Assembly: GCA_964561855.1 (NCBI GenBank)
Contig: CAZLQP010000003.1
Span: 80,949-144,948 of the forward strand
DNA from: an uncultured Burkholderiales bacterium
GTDB taxonomy: Bacteria > Actinomycetota > Acidimicrobiia > IMCC26256 > JAGPDB01
DNA: 64,000 nucleotides
Direction: 5' to 3'
In this document: positions 26,542-37,150 of the stretch, piece by piece
Layout: each line of letters starts with the position of its first letter
How positions within the stretch are numbered: the first letter of the stretch is position 1
The notes under the pieces: model-generated
Told to the model about the DNA's origin: nothing
Databases searched by the model: none
What the model saw: only the letters and a program-made list of their open reading frames with translations
Program-made: the position numbers and the translations under genes

Positions 26542-27975
26542 CTAATATCGGTAATGCTCAGCTTTATACGGACCTGACACATCAACATTTAGGTACTTCG
26601 CTTGGTCAGGGCTAAGTTGGGTCAATTCTGCCCCAATTTTTTCTAAATGTAAACGAGCAACCATTTCATCGAGTTCCTTTGGCAATCTATGGACTCCAAT
26701 CTCGTAGTTACCATTAAATAATTCCATCTGAGCCAAAACTTGGTTCGTAAAACTGCATGACATAACAAAACTCGGATGTCCTGTTGCGCAACCTAGATTT
26801 AATAGTCTTCCTTGTGCGAGCAAGATTATGCTATGCCCGTCTAAAAAGTCGTACTGGTCCACTTGAGGTTTAATATTCCGACAAACAACATCACTGGAAG
26901 AATTTAATGTTGCGACATCGATTTCATTATCAAAATGTCCAATATTTCCAACCACCGCATTATGTTTCATCCGTTTCATGTGCTCAAACGTTATAACGTC
27001 TCTATTCCCTGTTGCTGTTATAAAAACATCGGCTTCATCAATTACGTCTTCCAAAATAACAACTTCAAAACCTTCCATTGCAGCTTGCAATGCACAAATA
27101 GGATCAATCTCAGTAATCAGCACTCGAGCACCTTGTCCTCTAAGCGCTTGAGCACATCCTTTACCTACATCTCCATAGCCACAAACAACTGCAACTTTTG
27201 CTCCCAACATTAAATCCGTAGCTCTTGATATCCCATCGACGAGCGAATGGCGACAACCATATAAATTATCGAATTTTGATTTTGTGACAGAATCATTTAC
27301 ATTGATTGCAGGTACTTTTAAGATACTATTTTCAAACATTTGATATAGACGACTTACACCTGTAGTAGTTTCTTCGCTAACTCCAACCAAACATGACATA
27401 GCCTGAGAGAAAAACTTGCCCTGTGATTCTAGTGTGGCACCAATTGTAGAATTTAGGATCTCTTCTTCGAGTGAGTCGACATCTGTATCAATTACTGAGC
27501 GATCATTCTCAGCTTGAGCTCCACGATGCAAATATAAAGTAGCATCTCCTCCATCGTCCAATATCATCGTTGGACCGATATCATCGGACCAATCTAAAGC
27601 TTGCTGGGTACACCACCAGTAATCCTCTAAGGACTCATCCTTCCAAGCAAAAACAGGAATTCCCTGAGGTTTATCAGCAGTGCCGTTAGGACCAACAACG
27701 ACTGCAGCAGCTGCATGATCTTGAGTAGAGAAGATATTACAGCTCGCCCATCTCACGCTTGCTCCCAACTCCACTAGAGTCTCTATTAATACAGCAGTTT
27801 GTATTGTCATATGCAATGAACCGGTGATTCGAGCACCTTTTAATGGCTTGGACTTTCCATAGAGTTCTCTGAGCTTCATAAGCCCAGGCATCTCAACTTC
27901 AGCGAGTTGAATTTCGTGTCTACCAAAGTCCGCAAGAGATAAATCTGCGACTTTATAATCAATAGTGCTTAGCAT
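26542..27975 (-). CDS. ahcY: Adenosylhomocysteinase
   Basis: 477 aa with the NAD-binding motif [13 protein letters not shown] and a highly conserved SAHH pattern throughout. Confidence 0.97.
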   Translation of the reverse strand: MLSTIDYKVADLSLADFGRHEIQLAEVEMPGLMKLRELYGKSKPLKGARITGSLHMTIQTAVLIETLVELGASVRWASCNIFSTQDHAAAAVVVGPNGTADKPQGIPVFAWKDESLEDYWWCTQQALDWSDDIGPTMILDDGGDATLYLHRGAQAENDRSVIDTDVDSLEEEILNSTIGATLESQGKFFSQAMSCLVGVSEETTTGVSRLYQMFENSILKVPAINVNDSVTKSKFDNLYGCRHSLVDGISRATDLMLGAKVAVVCGYGDVGKGCAQALRGQGARVLITEIDPICALQAAMEGFEVVILEDVIDEADVFITATGNRDVITFEHMKRMKHNAVVGNIGHFDNEIDVATLNSSSDVVCRNIKPQVDQYDFLDGHSIILLAQGRLLNLGCATGHPSFVMSCSFTNQVLAQMELFNGNYEIGVHRLPKELDEMVARLHLEKIGAELTQLSPDQAKYLNVDVSGPYKAEHYRY

Positions 27976-27993
27976 TAAAGTTCCTCTAGCTAC

Positions 27994-28560
27994 TTAGTCT
28001 TGTGTATTTTTCCAGTGATACATTGCAATGCCTGCTGCAACTGAAGAATTCAGTGATCTTGTTGAGCCATACATCGTAATTTCGTATATTGCATCACATG
28101 CTTTCTTAGCTTCATCAGTTAAACCTACACCTTCATTTCCAAAAAGCATCAAAGTGTTTGGCTTTAGTCTTTGATTTTCTATCGGGACTGAACTCTCGCA
28201 ATTATCGATACCTACCATCTGCAGATTATTTTCATCAGCATATTTTCTTAAGCTTTCAACGTCATCGTGATGATAAACATCAATATATCGGTAAGTAGCC
28301 ATCGCCCCACGCCGGTTCCACTTTTTTTCTCCAACTACATGGAATCCAGAGACATTAAAAGCGTTGGCGCTTCTTGTTATGGTTCCGAGATTTAGGTCTT
28401 TCTCCCAGTTTTCAACTGCTATATGTAGAGGATGTCGAGTCTTTTGCAGGTCATCAACAATTGCTTCTATTGTCCAAGTCTTATATTTATCAATAACGTT
28501 TCGATTATCACCCTGTTCAGCTAATACAGGATCAATTCTCGGATCGATTGAGTCTGTCAT
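27994..28560 (-). CDS. SpoU/TrmH-family RNA 2'-O-methyltransferase
   Basis: 188 aa with SPOUT motifs LMLFGNEGVGL and RSLNSSVAAGIAMY. Confidence 0.8.
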   Translation of the reverse strand: MTDSIDPRIDPVLAEQGDNRNVIDKYKTWTIEAIVDDLQKTRHPLHIAVENWEKDLNLGTITRSANAFNVSGFHVVGEKKWNRRGAMATYRYIDVYHHDDVESLRKYADENNLQMVGIDNCESSVPIENQRLKPNTLMLFGNEGVGLTDEAKKACDAIYEITMYGSTRSLNSSVAAGIAMYHWKNTQD

Positions 28561-29591
28561 TTAGCTAAAGCGTTTTTCAATTCCCAAATAACATCTACTG
28601 GTCCAGGATCTACTCCAGCCTCTAATGCCATATAGACACTTGCAAGTGAACCAATGTAAGTAAGGTCAAAAAGCTGAGCAAGTTCAGTTTCACCCTGTGC
28701 TTTGACTTCGATAATGTCATTCAAAGTTTCACGAATAAGTTCTCTAGTGATTTCGAATCTTCGCTTTACTTGAGGATGCTCAAAATCGTGACGCAGTTCA
28801 ATCAAAGTAAATAGCTGCCTAGTCACATCACCGTGCTGACCATAGCCAACGATCTCGTTGTGATTCAGTTCTGGATAATAGTGCCAGTAAGCCGGAGCCT
28901 TAGCGTTTTCGTTAACATCACATTTAAATCTATACGCAGCAGCAGCACCTAGCGCTCCACCTCCATATATTACCGGTATTGTGGTAGATACTCTGGTGAC
29001 AATCTGAGAAACAATATGATCAGCTTTAGGATCGATACATTCATCGCGACGTTTTTTAACTTGAACATAAGCTGATTCAATTTGCTTTATTCCCCCTGGA
29101 AAAATTCCAAGGTTATCTAGTGCTACGAAAATTGGCGAAACCAATGCTCCCATACATGCACGAGGCTGCATATCTTTAGGTGCTCTATATCTAACACACG
29201 CGCTAGGCCAAGAATTAGCAATCTCTTCTAGCGGTCCCCCAGAACTCACAGCAATAAGCTGTGCTCCAGTATCTCGAGCAGCAGATAACGCACTTAAAGT
29301 TTCTTCAGTTGTACCTGAATAACTAACAGCAATAATCAGAGTGGTTTCGTTAACAAAGTTCGGAAGTTCATAGTTCTTAGAAACCAATACGGGGATTGAA
29401 GCTTCAGGAGACAAAACACTAGCTACTACTTCTCCACTCACACCTGATCCACCTAGTCCGCACACTAGGATCGACTGCACCTTTGAAGAGTCGATTGATT
29501 TCGTATCTACTTCTAGCGCTGTATCAATTGCAGTTCTAATTTGTTCAGGCAATCCATGTGTCATGCCCAGAAAATTTATTGAATCCATCAT
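28557..29591 (-). CDS. SIS-domain bifunctional phosphoglucose/phosphomannose isomerase-like protein
   Basis: 344 aa with two SIS-like segments (CGLGGSGVSGEV, AVSYSGTTEETL). Its position next to PMM matches the actinobacterial manA-region paralog. Confidence 0.7.
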   Translation of the reverse strand: MMDSINFLGMTHGLPEQIRTAIDTALEVDTKSIDSSKVQSILVCGLGGSGVSGEVVASVLSPEASIPVLVSKNYELPNFVNETTLIIAVSYSGTTEETLSALSAARDTGAQLIAVSSGGPLEEIANSWPSACVRYRAPKDMQPRACMGALVSPIFVALDNLGIFPGGIKQIESAYVQVKKRRDECIDPKADHIVSQIVTRVSTTIPVIYGGGALGAAAAYRFKCDVNENAKAPAYWHYYPELNHNEIVGYGQHGDVTRQLFTLIELRHDFEHPQVKRRFEITRELIRETLNDIIEVKAQGETELAQLFDLTYIGSLASVYMALEAGVDPGPVDVIWELKNALAK

Positions 29592-29597
29592 TTCCCT

Positions 29598-29837
29598 TTA
29601 TTGTGGTCCAGTAGTTGTTGACTTTAATTTTGAATACTTATTTTGAGTATCTTCATCTACATCATATGCTTTTTCAGCAAGTAAAACCGGTATCGAATCG
29701 ATTATTTCATATGCTTTTTTGAGACGAGAGTTATATAAAACACTTTCTTGAGCAATATACTCAAGCGAACCCTTGTCAATTGGGCAGACTATGATCTCGA
29801 TCAATTCACTACTTAGTTCTCGTTGTGCATTATCCAC
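29598..29837 (-). CDS. Trm112-family small protein
   Basis: 79 aa with the pattern IIVCPIDKGSLEY ... IPVLL typical of Trm112/YbaR-like proteins. Confidence 0.7.
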   Translation of the reverse strand: MDNAQRELSSELIEIIVCPIDKGSLEYIAQESVLYNSRLKKAYEIIDSIPVLLAEKAYDVDEDTQNKYSKLKSTTTGPQ

Positions 29838-29839
29838 TT

Positions 29840-31201
29840 CTAACCTCGAATTACACTAAGTATTTCCTGAGTTTTTTCATCACAAAGCTCTTTAGAATTC
29901 GCTTCAACGTTTAGTCGAACTAACGGTTCTGTGTTACTAGCACGAACATTAAACCACCATTGATCGAAGTCAAATGTGTAACCATCTAAGTCATCTACTT
30001 CATCTTGCTGATATTTTTTCAAGACTTTTTCCATAGCGGCTTTCACATCAGATACTTCGGAATTAATTTCACCACTTTGAGAATAAGGTTCAAACTGTTT
30101 TCGGAGTTCAGAAAGTTTCATGCCTGATTGTGCAATAACTTCCAAAACCATCAGTGCCGCTATCAGTCCTGAATCCGCTCGATAATTGTCTCTGAAATAA
30201 TAATGACCTGAATGTTCTCCACCAAAAATTGCACCAGTATCTGCCATTACTTGTTTGATAAAACTGTGCCCGACTCGAGTGCGTACTGCTTTCCCACCCA
30301 TTTCTTCAATCGTTTGAGGAACAATCTTTGAACATATCAGGTTGTGAACAATTGATTCTCCAGGGTTTTTTGCCAATATAGACTGTGCCACAATCGCAAC
30401 AGTTAAAAAACCACCCAAAGTCTGTCCTTGATCGTCTACTAGGAATACGCGGTCTGCATCGCCATCAAAAGCAAGACCAACATCGGCATTAGAATCGAGT
30501 ACTTTTTGTTGAAGGTCTTTCAAATTTTCTGGTTGCAACGGATCCGCAGGATGATTTGGAAAAGTACCATCTAATTCTTCGTAAATAATCTCTAGATCAC
30601 AATCAAGATCTTTGAACACGTACGGGACAACTAATCCTCCCATTCCATTTGCGGTATCTGCAATAACCTTTAGACTTGAGATATTATCTGGATCAATAAA
30701 GGACAGGCAGTGTTTCTTGAAATCTTCTAAAAGATTGCGCTTTTCAACCAGACCTACTTCTTCTACACGTTCGATCAATCCGGTTTCAACTGCAGATCTA
30801 ATCTGACTAAGTCCTGTTTCTTGGCCAATAGGAGCTGCTGAAGCTCTACATAGTTTTAAGCCGTTGTATTGTGATGGATTATGTGAAGCTGTGATCATCG
30901 CTCCAGCCATCTCTAATTGCCCACTTGCAAAATAGAGCATGTCAGTAGAAGCCAAACCTATATCAACAACATCAGCTCCAGCTAAAGTTGCACCTTCTAT
31001 AAATGCTTTGGCGATTTCAGGTGAAGAGCTACGCATATCATAGCCAACCACAATCGATTCAGCATTAAGATATCGAACAAATGCATTTCCGATTAATCTA
31101 GCTAAAGAGCTGTCCCATTGTTCAGGATATAATCCACGAATATCATAAGCCTTAAAAATTTTGTCTAGATCTGCATTTATAGTTTCCGTCACGACACTCA
31201 A
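29840..31201 (-). CDS. manB: Phosphomannomutase/phosphoglucomutase
   Basis: 453 aa with the active-site phosphoserine loop TASHNP and the Mg loop FDGDADR. The start is TTG. Confidence 0.9.
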   Translation of the reverse strand: MSVVTETINADLDKIFKAYDIRGLYPEQWDSSLARLIGNAFVRYLNAESIVVGYDMRSSSPEIAKAFIEGATLAGADVVDIGLASTDMLYFASGQLEMAGAMITASHNPSQYNGLKLCRASAAPIGQETGLSQIRSAVETGLIERVEEVGLVEKRNLLEDFKKHCLSFIDPDNISSLKVIADTANGMGGLVVPYVFKDLDCDLEIIYEELDGTFPNHPADPLQPENLKDLQQKVLDSNADVGLAFDGDADRVFLVDDQGQTLGGFLTVAIVAQSILAKNPGESIVHNLICSKIVPQTIEEMGGKAVRTRVGHSFIKQVMADTGAIFGGEHSGHYYFRDNYRADSGLIAALMVLEVIAQSGMKLSELRKQFEPYSQSGEINSEVSDVKAAMEKVLKKYQQDEVDDLDGYTFDFDQWWFNVRASNTEPLVRLNVEANSKELCDEKTQEILSVIRG

Positions 31202-31203
31202 GT

Positions 31204-33900
31204 TTAATCTTTAAATATGTACTTTCTCGAAGCTTGCCAAAATCTTCCTTTATCTAGGTATAAAAGGAAAAAACAACCTGCAATACCAGTAAGAAATAAG
31301 AAATATGAAATCCATTCCGAAGAATCTCGTTTTAATTCGATCTTGACTTCATTATCGGTTGGTACAACGATCATGAAATTTGGACTAGCGCGATAAATCT
31401 CCTCGGCGCCTGTTGCTTTGAAAGTTGGATAGTAAGAAACTTTTACTAAAACTGGTTCTCCCACTTTGTCGACGTTGAATGAAATAGAGTCTTGTCGTAG
31501 ATCGATATTCGTAACTTTAACATTTGACTCTAAAGATCTCTGTTCTTCTGGTAGTGGGCTTTGTAACGCTTCGCTTGCAGTTTTTCTTTGCCACTGTTGG
31601 GGTCCATCATCGACGAAGAACGGGAATTGCCCTAGGTCAGTCCACCATTGCCAAAGCCATTTATTTCCACTCTGCTGCCAGTATTGACTATCGGTTTTGT
31701 CTGTAATCACTACTGGATCCACAGCAATGGGTTCAACTAGATTTGAATTGGTGATCTCGTATATTTCCCATCCGAGAGGATCTGCATTGTCTTGGTCGCC
31801 AACAATTGATATCAGCCGCAAGTCTGGATGTTCTTGAGCTTTAGCTCTTACTTGTTCTGAATGGGCAAAGAAATAACGAACTCCCATTAGACGCATGTGT
31901 TCGACTCCACGATCAAAGTCGTTAATGTCTCCATAGGCTCTAGGAAAGCAATCATCGGTTTCTATATTTTGACCATCTACGTTTTCACACAGCGGCCATC
32001 TAACTGGATTTGAAGGTGATTGTGAAACCTGTGCAACAGTTAAAAAGTGATATGCAGTTGAACCAGCTGCTTCATAGTAAAGGCCTTCTTGTGATGAAAT
32101 TTTGTGATCTGTGAAATATGGCAAAAGTGTCATTGCTAATGTGGTGCCATAGCTTCCGCCTTTAGTTTCCCAAAGCGCTCTTCCAGGCTCTAGTTGGTTT
32201 GCTTCATCTATTACGACCTTGAATTCCTCCCATGCAGGCCCTCTACCTTCGTACCCTTCGTAATTGTAAGTTGCCCATCCACTTGCAAGCCCACGCCGAT
32301 CTTGACTTAGCTGGCCGATCGGACCTTCTAGTGGACCTATGGCTATAACATCAGAAATTCTTTGCGGAATTCCTATAAGACTTGCTAGAAACAAAAATAT
32401 CAACAGCGAATACAGAAAAGTTCGCAATCCTTTTGCGAAATTTAGAAGCATCGGACGTTTTTTTGTATAACTAAAACGAGCTAAAGCGGTACTTGGGATT
32501 CTAAAGAGTTCTCCGTATCCAATAGCTGCTACAAAAAAGATAAACAAATACCAAAAGGGTAAGAATCTCAAATTCCATGCATGTCCTTCAGGCCATTGGA
32601 TAAACATCACTGCCATTAACACTGCTGTGATTACCAAGGGCACAATATTTTTTCTCAGTAATGCAGCCGATAATATAAAGCCGATCGCTGCAGGAATGAA
32701 CACTGGCAAAAGAAAATATGCAGGAGAAATGTAGAGATCATAAATCTCGTTAATTGAAGTCAATGGATTATCGATGAGTTTTTCATATCGCATGTTAGTC
32801 GTGTATCCAAAACGCAAAAACATCGGCAATAACCATATGCTCGAAATGAGCACACCAAATCCGAGCGAAGCCATATCTTTTGCAAAAGTAAAGACTTCTA
32901 TGTTCTTCTTTTTCCAAATTCCCCAAGCAACAATTCCAACAACGGATAACGATGCACCAAGTACATAAAAGAGTTCAATAGATACTTCATTATCAAAGAA
33001 GTACCTGCCTACGGCTCCGATTGAAAAAATCATTACAGTTATCCAAGCTAAAAGCGAATAACCAATTACCTTTATATAGCCTTTGCGAACTACATATTGC
33101 GCCCCCCAAAAAACTATTGCAGCAAAACCAGCAAAAATTGCGACAACTAAGTGTGAAAGTATCGTAAGTGCAAAAAGCACAGCAACTCTTGCTCTTTTTT
33201 TATCTTCTCTGATGCTTACATAGAAAGCCCCTAAGAAAAGTAAAGAAAAGCTCAAAGCAATTGTAAAGGAATACTCTCCTGCCATATTCGAAAGAAGTGG
33301 ACCTCCCATAATCCAATGATTTCGTTGAGCAGTTTCATAATTTACAAGTGTTGATTGCGTTGGATCTAAAACCGCATTTGCTCGAGGATCTCCTCCGAAA
33401 AACAAAAAAGCTGTAGCTGCAAAAGACATCAACATTGGAATAGGCCGAGGAGACTTTAGTGAACGACCCAAAACGTAAGCGCTAATTGGAAGTGTAATTG
33501 CACCAATTGCAGTAGTTAATTTAAATGCGATGTTATAGGGCATTAAGATTCCGAGAATGATTGTTATAAGTGCAGGGACTGGAAAGTAGTACTGCCCCAC
33601 CGGAAACCCTGAATAAAAGTCCATTGTCCAGCCAAAAATACGAAATCCTGGCAATAAATAATCTCTCATGAATGCAGGCCACCAAACATGTGCACCCATA
33701 TCTCCACCCGTGGCAGTAGTATCTTGAAATATCAAGCTTGGCTGAAGTGCTGATAAGACAACCAATACACAGGTGCTTACACCGATGAACGTAATGATTC
33801 CGAGAATTAAGTTAGGGTTGTTTTGATATCTCGCCTGCAAACTTACAGACTTTTTGCCTAATGATTCCTTGATTGAATTTAAACTCGATTTTTTTGACAC
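31204..33900 (-). CDS. Large polytopic membrane protein with a C-terminal extracytoplasmic domain (GT-C-like topology; putative polyprenyl-phosphate-sugar-dependent glycosyltransferase)
   Basis: 898 aa. About 15 hydrophobic helices occupy the first ~530 aa, followed by a soluble ~330-aa domain and a final TM. Its stop is 2 nt from the PMM start. The family is not identified. Confidence 0.6.
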   Translation of the reverse strand: MSKKSSLNSIKESLGKKSVSLQARYQNNPNLILGIITFIGVSTCVLVVLSALQPSLIFQDTTATGGDMGAHVWWPAFMRDYLLPGFRIFGWTMDFYSGFPVGQYYFPVPALITIILGILMPYNIAFKLTTAIGAITLPISAYVLGRSLKSPRPIPMLMSFAATAFLFFGGDPRANAVLDPTQSTLVNYETAQRNHWIMGGPLLSNMAGEYSFTIALSFSLLFLGAFYVSIREDKKRARVAVLFALTILSHLVVAIFAGFAAIVFWGAQYVVRKGYIKVIGYSLLAWITVMIFSIGAVGRYFFDNEVSIELFYVLGASLSVVGIVAWGIWKKKNIEVFTFAKDMASLGFGVLISSIWLLPMFLRFGYTTNMRYEKLIDNPLTSINEIYDLYISPAYFLLPVFIPAAIGFILSAALLRKNIVPLVITAVLMAVMFIQWPEGHAWNLRFLPFWYLFIFFVAAIGYGELFRIPSTALARFSYTKKRPMLLNFAKGLRTFLYSLLIFLFLASLIGIPQRISDVIAIGPLEGPIGQLSQDRRGLASGWATYNYEGYEGRGPAWEEFKVVIDEANQLEPGRALWETKGGSYGTTLAMTLLPYFTDHKISSQEGLYYEAAGSTAYHFLTVAQVSQSPSNPVRWPLCENVDGQNIETDDCFPRAYGDINDFDRGVEHMRLMGVRYFFAHSEQVRAKAQEHPDLRLISIVGDQDNADPLGWEIYEITNSNLVEPIAVDPVVITDKTDSQYWQQSGNKWLWQWWTDLGQFPFFVDDGPQQWQRKTASEALQSPLPEEQRSLESNVKVTNIDLRQDSISFNVDKVGEPVLVKVSYYPTFKATGAEEIYRASPNFMIVVPTDNEVKIELKRDSSEWISYFLFLTGIAGCFFLLYLDKGRFWQASRKYIFKD

Positions 33901-33969
33901 AGTGTTTATAGTTTAGGCATTAAATGCTATCAACATATCACTATTGACTATATGCGAATTATATTCCGT

Positions 33970-34143
33970 CTAGATTTTGAGATCTTTTGCATATTCCAAG
34001 ACCGAATTTAAATCAATATCTTGATCTTTTGATTCCCATTTCTGAACTTCGCATCGCCCGCAGCGTCTAAAGGCGACATCATTATCACCTAAAGTCATGT
34101 TAATTTCTACATATGTGTCACTTTTGCAGCTTGGACATTTCAT
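33970..34143 (-). CDS. Small zinc-ribbon protein (57 aa), below the ORF-track size cut-off
   Basis: Own translation: MKCPSCKSDTYVEINMTLGDNDVAFRRCGRCEVQKWESKDQDIDLNSVLEYAKDLKI. It has CxxC...CxxC, and GGGAGA lies 7 nt upstream of the ATG. Confidence 0.55.
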   Translation of the reverse strand: MKCPSCKSDTYVEINMTLGDNDVAFRRCGRCEVQKWESKDQDIDLNSVLEYAKDLKI

Positions 34144-34239
34144 TTCTAATCTCCCTATAAAAGAATTCGTATATTACGAATATTCGGCAGATTCGCCTAT
34201 AGCCTTTAAAAAAAGCCGATATGCAGGAGATAAGCAGGA

Positions 34240-35019
34240 TTATCGAAAGAAAGCAATAAGCAATACTGTTGTTAAATTAAAACCAACATGTGTAAAAATT
34301 GCAGCATCGATCCTGCCTGTATAAGCAGTGAAAATGGCACAAGCCAAACCAACTAAAAGCAACTGCGTCAGTGCAAGTGAAACATTCGGATCAGCCAAGT
34401 GGACAACTGCGAATAATATAGCTGAGATCAATATCGCAACAACTGGTTTAGTGCTTCGGCTAAGCCCTCGTTGAAATAACCCGCGAAAGCAAATTTCTTC
34501 GATAAGTGGTACCAGCAAGGCAACCAGGATCGCAAAGACAATAAAAGCGGCTCCCTTGGATTCTTCAACACTTCTTACGATTTCTTGTTGGGGTGCATCT
34601 CCATCTTTTAATAGCAATAGCGGAAATCCTAGAATTATCCCTGCTATCTGAAGACCGATACCTACGAAAATAAAACCAGGAGAATACCAATTAAATCTAA
34701 GACCATAGTCTTTGACAAAACTACCTGAGCCTCTAAATTTACTTACTAAAAATGCATAAGTGAGAAATACTATACTTTGGGATAGCAATACTGCGATTAT
34801 TACCCACAAACTTGTCGTCAAATCACTTAATACGTCTTCAAACTTGAGTGCGGAATCATTTGCGCTGTCATTATTAAACTTGATCGCCGCATAGATGAAC
34901 ACGCCTACTAACGCAGGAATAAAACCAAGTAGATAGCTGACTATCCCACCGATACCCGCTATCACGCCAAATTTGGGGACGCTCTTCTCTCCCATTGGTG
35001 CCGTTTGATTTATTTCCAC
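34240..35019 (-). CDS. CPBP-family intramembrane glutamic endopeptidase (CAAX protease-like)
   Basis: 259 aa with motifs EEICFRG, FAVVH and HVGFN in a multi-TM protein. The start is GTG 35019 or ATG 34995. Confidence 0.8.
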   Translation of the reverse strand: MEINQTAPMGEKSVPKFGVIAGIGGIVSYLLGFIPALVGVFIYAAIKFNNDSANDSALKFEDVLSDLTTSLWVIIAVLLSQSIVFLTYAFLVSKFRGSGSFVKDYGLRFNWYSPGFIFVGIGLQIAGIILGFPLLLLKDGDAPQQEIVRSVEESKGAAFIVFAILVALLVPLIEEICFRGLFQRGLSRSTKPVVAILISAILFAVVHLADPNVSLALTQLLLVGLACAIFTAYTGRIDAAIFTHVGFNLTTVLLIAFFR

Positions 35020-35103
35020 ATGGGAAGTTTTCTATACCTTTGGCTGTTGTATCTATTTATGCGCAAAACTTTGTTTGCATTTTCACAAAAATTAAGCAAT
35101 TTT

Positions 35104-35127
35104 GATAGATAGCTTCGTATATCTATC
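35104..35127. promoter_or_regulatory. 8-bp inverted repeat GATAGATA-N8-TATCTATC upstream of ftsH
   Basis: A perfect 8/8 palindrome lies 65-88 nt upstream of the ftsH ATG, in a 172-nt spacer. Confidence 0.4.
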
Positions 35128-35191
35128 GAAAATCCGCCTAACATATACGCAAAGATTACAACCATGACAAGTTTCGACTAAAAGGCAGTAA

Positions 35192-37150
35192 ATGGAAGAT
35201 CAAAGTTCTAAACCAAAACAACCTACATCACCAAAAAAATCCAAGAACAAAGGTGAAAGCCCAACACCTAAAGAACCAAGCTCTAAGAAATCTAATAATG
35301 TTGCCTATTTTGTTCTGGCAGCCATAATAATCGTAGGACTTGTTCTTTCAAGCCAAGTTTTCGAAAACTCGAACCGGGTAGAGATTCAGTATTCCGGAGT
35401 AGAAAATAGTTTCTTGCAAAAAGTGGAAGATGGCAATGTTAAATCTGCCCAATACGAACCAACTAGCGGAAAGATCACTGGAGAATTAAATAAAGAATTT
35501 GAAGGAAGTAAAGAATTCACCACGAATGGCCCACTAAATGATCTACCAGAATCAGTGCTTACATTGTTACAAGAAAATGATGTCGACTTTTCATACAAGC
35601 CCGAACAAAACAATATTTGGGGAGTACTACTACCCTACATTTTGCTTTTCGCAATCGTCGGTGGCTTCATCTTCTTTATGATGAAAAGAGCTCAAGGTCA
35701 AATGGGTTCTGTTATGAATATTGGAAAATCAAAGGCAAAAATATTTACCACTGAAAAACCTAATACCACCTTTGCGGACGTCGCAGGATACAGCGCAGTA
35801 AAGCAAGAAATCTCAGAAGTTGTTGATTTTTTGAAGAACCCTGGAAAATTTAGAGATATTGGAGCGCGAATCCCTAGAGGTGTCTTATTAGTTGGCCCTC
35901 CTGGTACTGGTAAAACATTAATTGCGCGTGCAGTTGCCGGAGAAGCAGGTGTACCATTCATTTCTGTAACTGGTTCAGATTTTATGGAAATGTTTGTAGG
36001 TGTGGGAGCATCTAGAGTTCGTGACCTATTCACTACTGCCCGAAAACTCGCACCTGCAATTATTTTTGTTGATGAAATCGACTCTATTGGAAGAAAACGT
36101 GGAGCAGGACTAGGTGGAGGCCACGACGAAAGAGAGCAAACTCTAAATCAGATGCTTTCCGAAATGGACGGATTCGAAACCACAGACGGTATCGTGATGA
36201 TGGCAGCTACTAACCGACCAGACATTTTGGATTCTGCATTACTTCGTCCCGGACGTTTTGACCGCCAAGTAGTTGTTCCGCTTCCAACTCAAGAAGAGCG
36301 AGCAGAGATTCTAAAAGTCCATTTTAAAGGTAAAAAGATAGCTGAAGATGTATCTATTGACACTCTATCTAGAGCAACACCAGGAATGAGTGGAGCATCA
36401 TTAGCAAACCTTGTAAACGAAGCAGCACTTCACGCAGTACGAAGAGGCGAGAACGAAATTCACTCTGATGACTTCAATTCTGCAATTGATCGTGTACTAA
36501 TGGGACTTAGACGGCCTAGCATCATGATGAACGACCATGAAAAGAAATTGACTGCTTACCATGAAGGTGGTCACGCTATCTTGGCTTACCTATGCAAGCA
36601 TGCAGACCCTGTGCATAAAGTTACAATTTTGCCGACAGGTATGGCGCTTGGAATGACTCAACAACTTCCGCTAGAAGAGCGACATTCGTACAATCGTAAC
36701 TTCTTAGATGATCAGCTAATGGTTTTACTCGGAGGCAGAGGAGCTGAGAGAACGGTATTTGATAATGTTTCCACCGGTGCTCATAATGACCTTGTTCGAG
36801 CTACCGAGATAGCTCATTCGATGGTTAAGGAATGGGGCATGTCTGAAAAAGTCGGTCCGATGGCATGGGGAGATTCAAATGCCGTATTTCTCGGTGATGA
36901 GATGATGCAATCAAAAGCATATTCAGATGACACCGCTAAGTTAATCGATGATGAGGCTCAATCAATTTTGATGCAAGCAGAAGCACGTGTAACGAAGATT
37001 TTGACCGAATATCGAAAAGGTCTTGATGCTATTGCAGCTGCTTTGACAGAGCATGAAGAGATTTCGGGAGATGATATACAACGCCTTGTAGATGAAGCGA
37101 TGGGTCGAGAATGTAAAGACAGCGTAGAGGGTTCAAAAGTCGAAGTCTAG
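35192..37150 (+). CDS. ftsH: ATP-dependent zinc metalloprotease FtsH
   Basis: 652 aa with two TM segments, Walker A GPPGTGKT, Walker B IIFVDEID, an SRH region, and the zinc site HEGGH. Confidence 0.97.
   Translation: MEDQSSKPKQPTSPKKSKNKGESPTPKEPSSKKSNNVAYFVLAAIIIVGLVLSSQVFENSNRVEIQYSGVENSFLQKVEDGNVKSAQYEPTSGKITGELNKEFEGSKEFTTNGPLNDLPESVLTLLQENDVDFSYKPEQNNIWGVLLPYILLFAIVGGFIFFMMKRAQGQMGSVMNIGKSKAKIFTTEKPNTTFADVAGYSAVKQEISEVVDFLKNPGKFRDIGARIPRGVLLVGPPGTGKTLIARAVAGEAGVPFISVTGSDFMEMFVGVGASRVRDLFTTARKLAPAIIFVDEIDSIGRKRGAGLGGGHDEREQTLNQMLSEMDGFETTDGIVMMAATNRPDILDSALLRPGRFDRQVVVPLPTQEERAEILKVHFKGKKIAEDVSIDTLSRATPGMSGASLANLVNEAALHAVRRGENEIHSDDFNSAIDRVLMGLRRPSIMMNDHEKKLTAYHEGGHAILAYLCKHADPVHKVTILPTGMALGMTQQLPLEERHSYNRNFLDDQLMVLLGGRGAERTVFDNVSTGAHNDLVRATEIAHSMVKEWGMSEKVGPMAWGDSNAVFLGDEMMQSKAYSDDTAKLIDDEAQSILMQAEARVTKILTEYRKGLDAIAAALTEHEEISGDDIQRLVDEAMGRECKDSVEGSKVEV

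Noticed and set aside
27976-27993. SAH riboswitch upstream of ahcY
   Set aside because: Only 18 nt separate ahcY from the upstream gene, so there is no room for a riboswitch aptamer.
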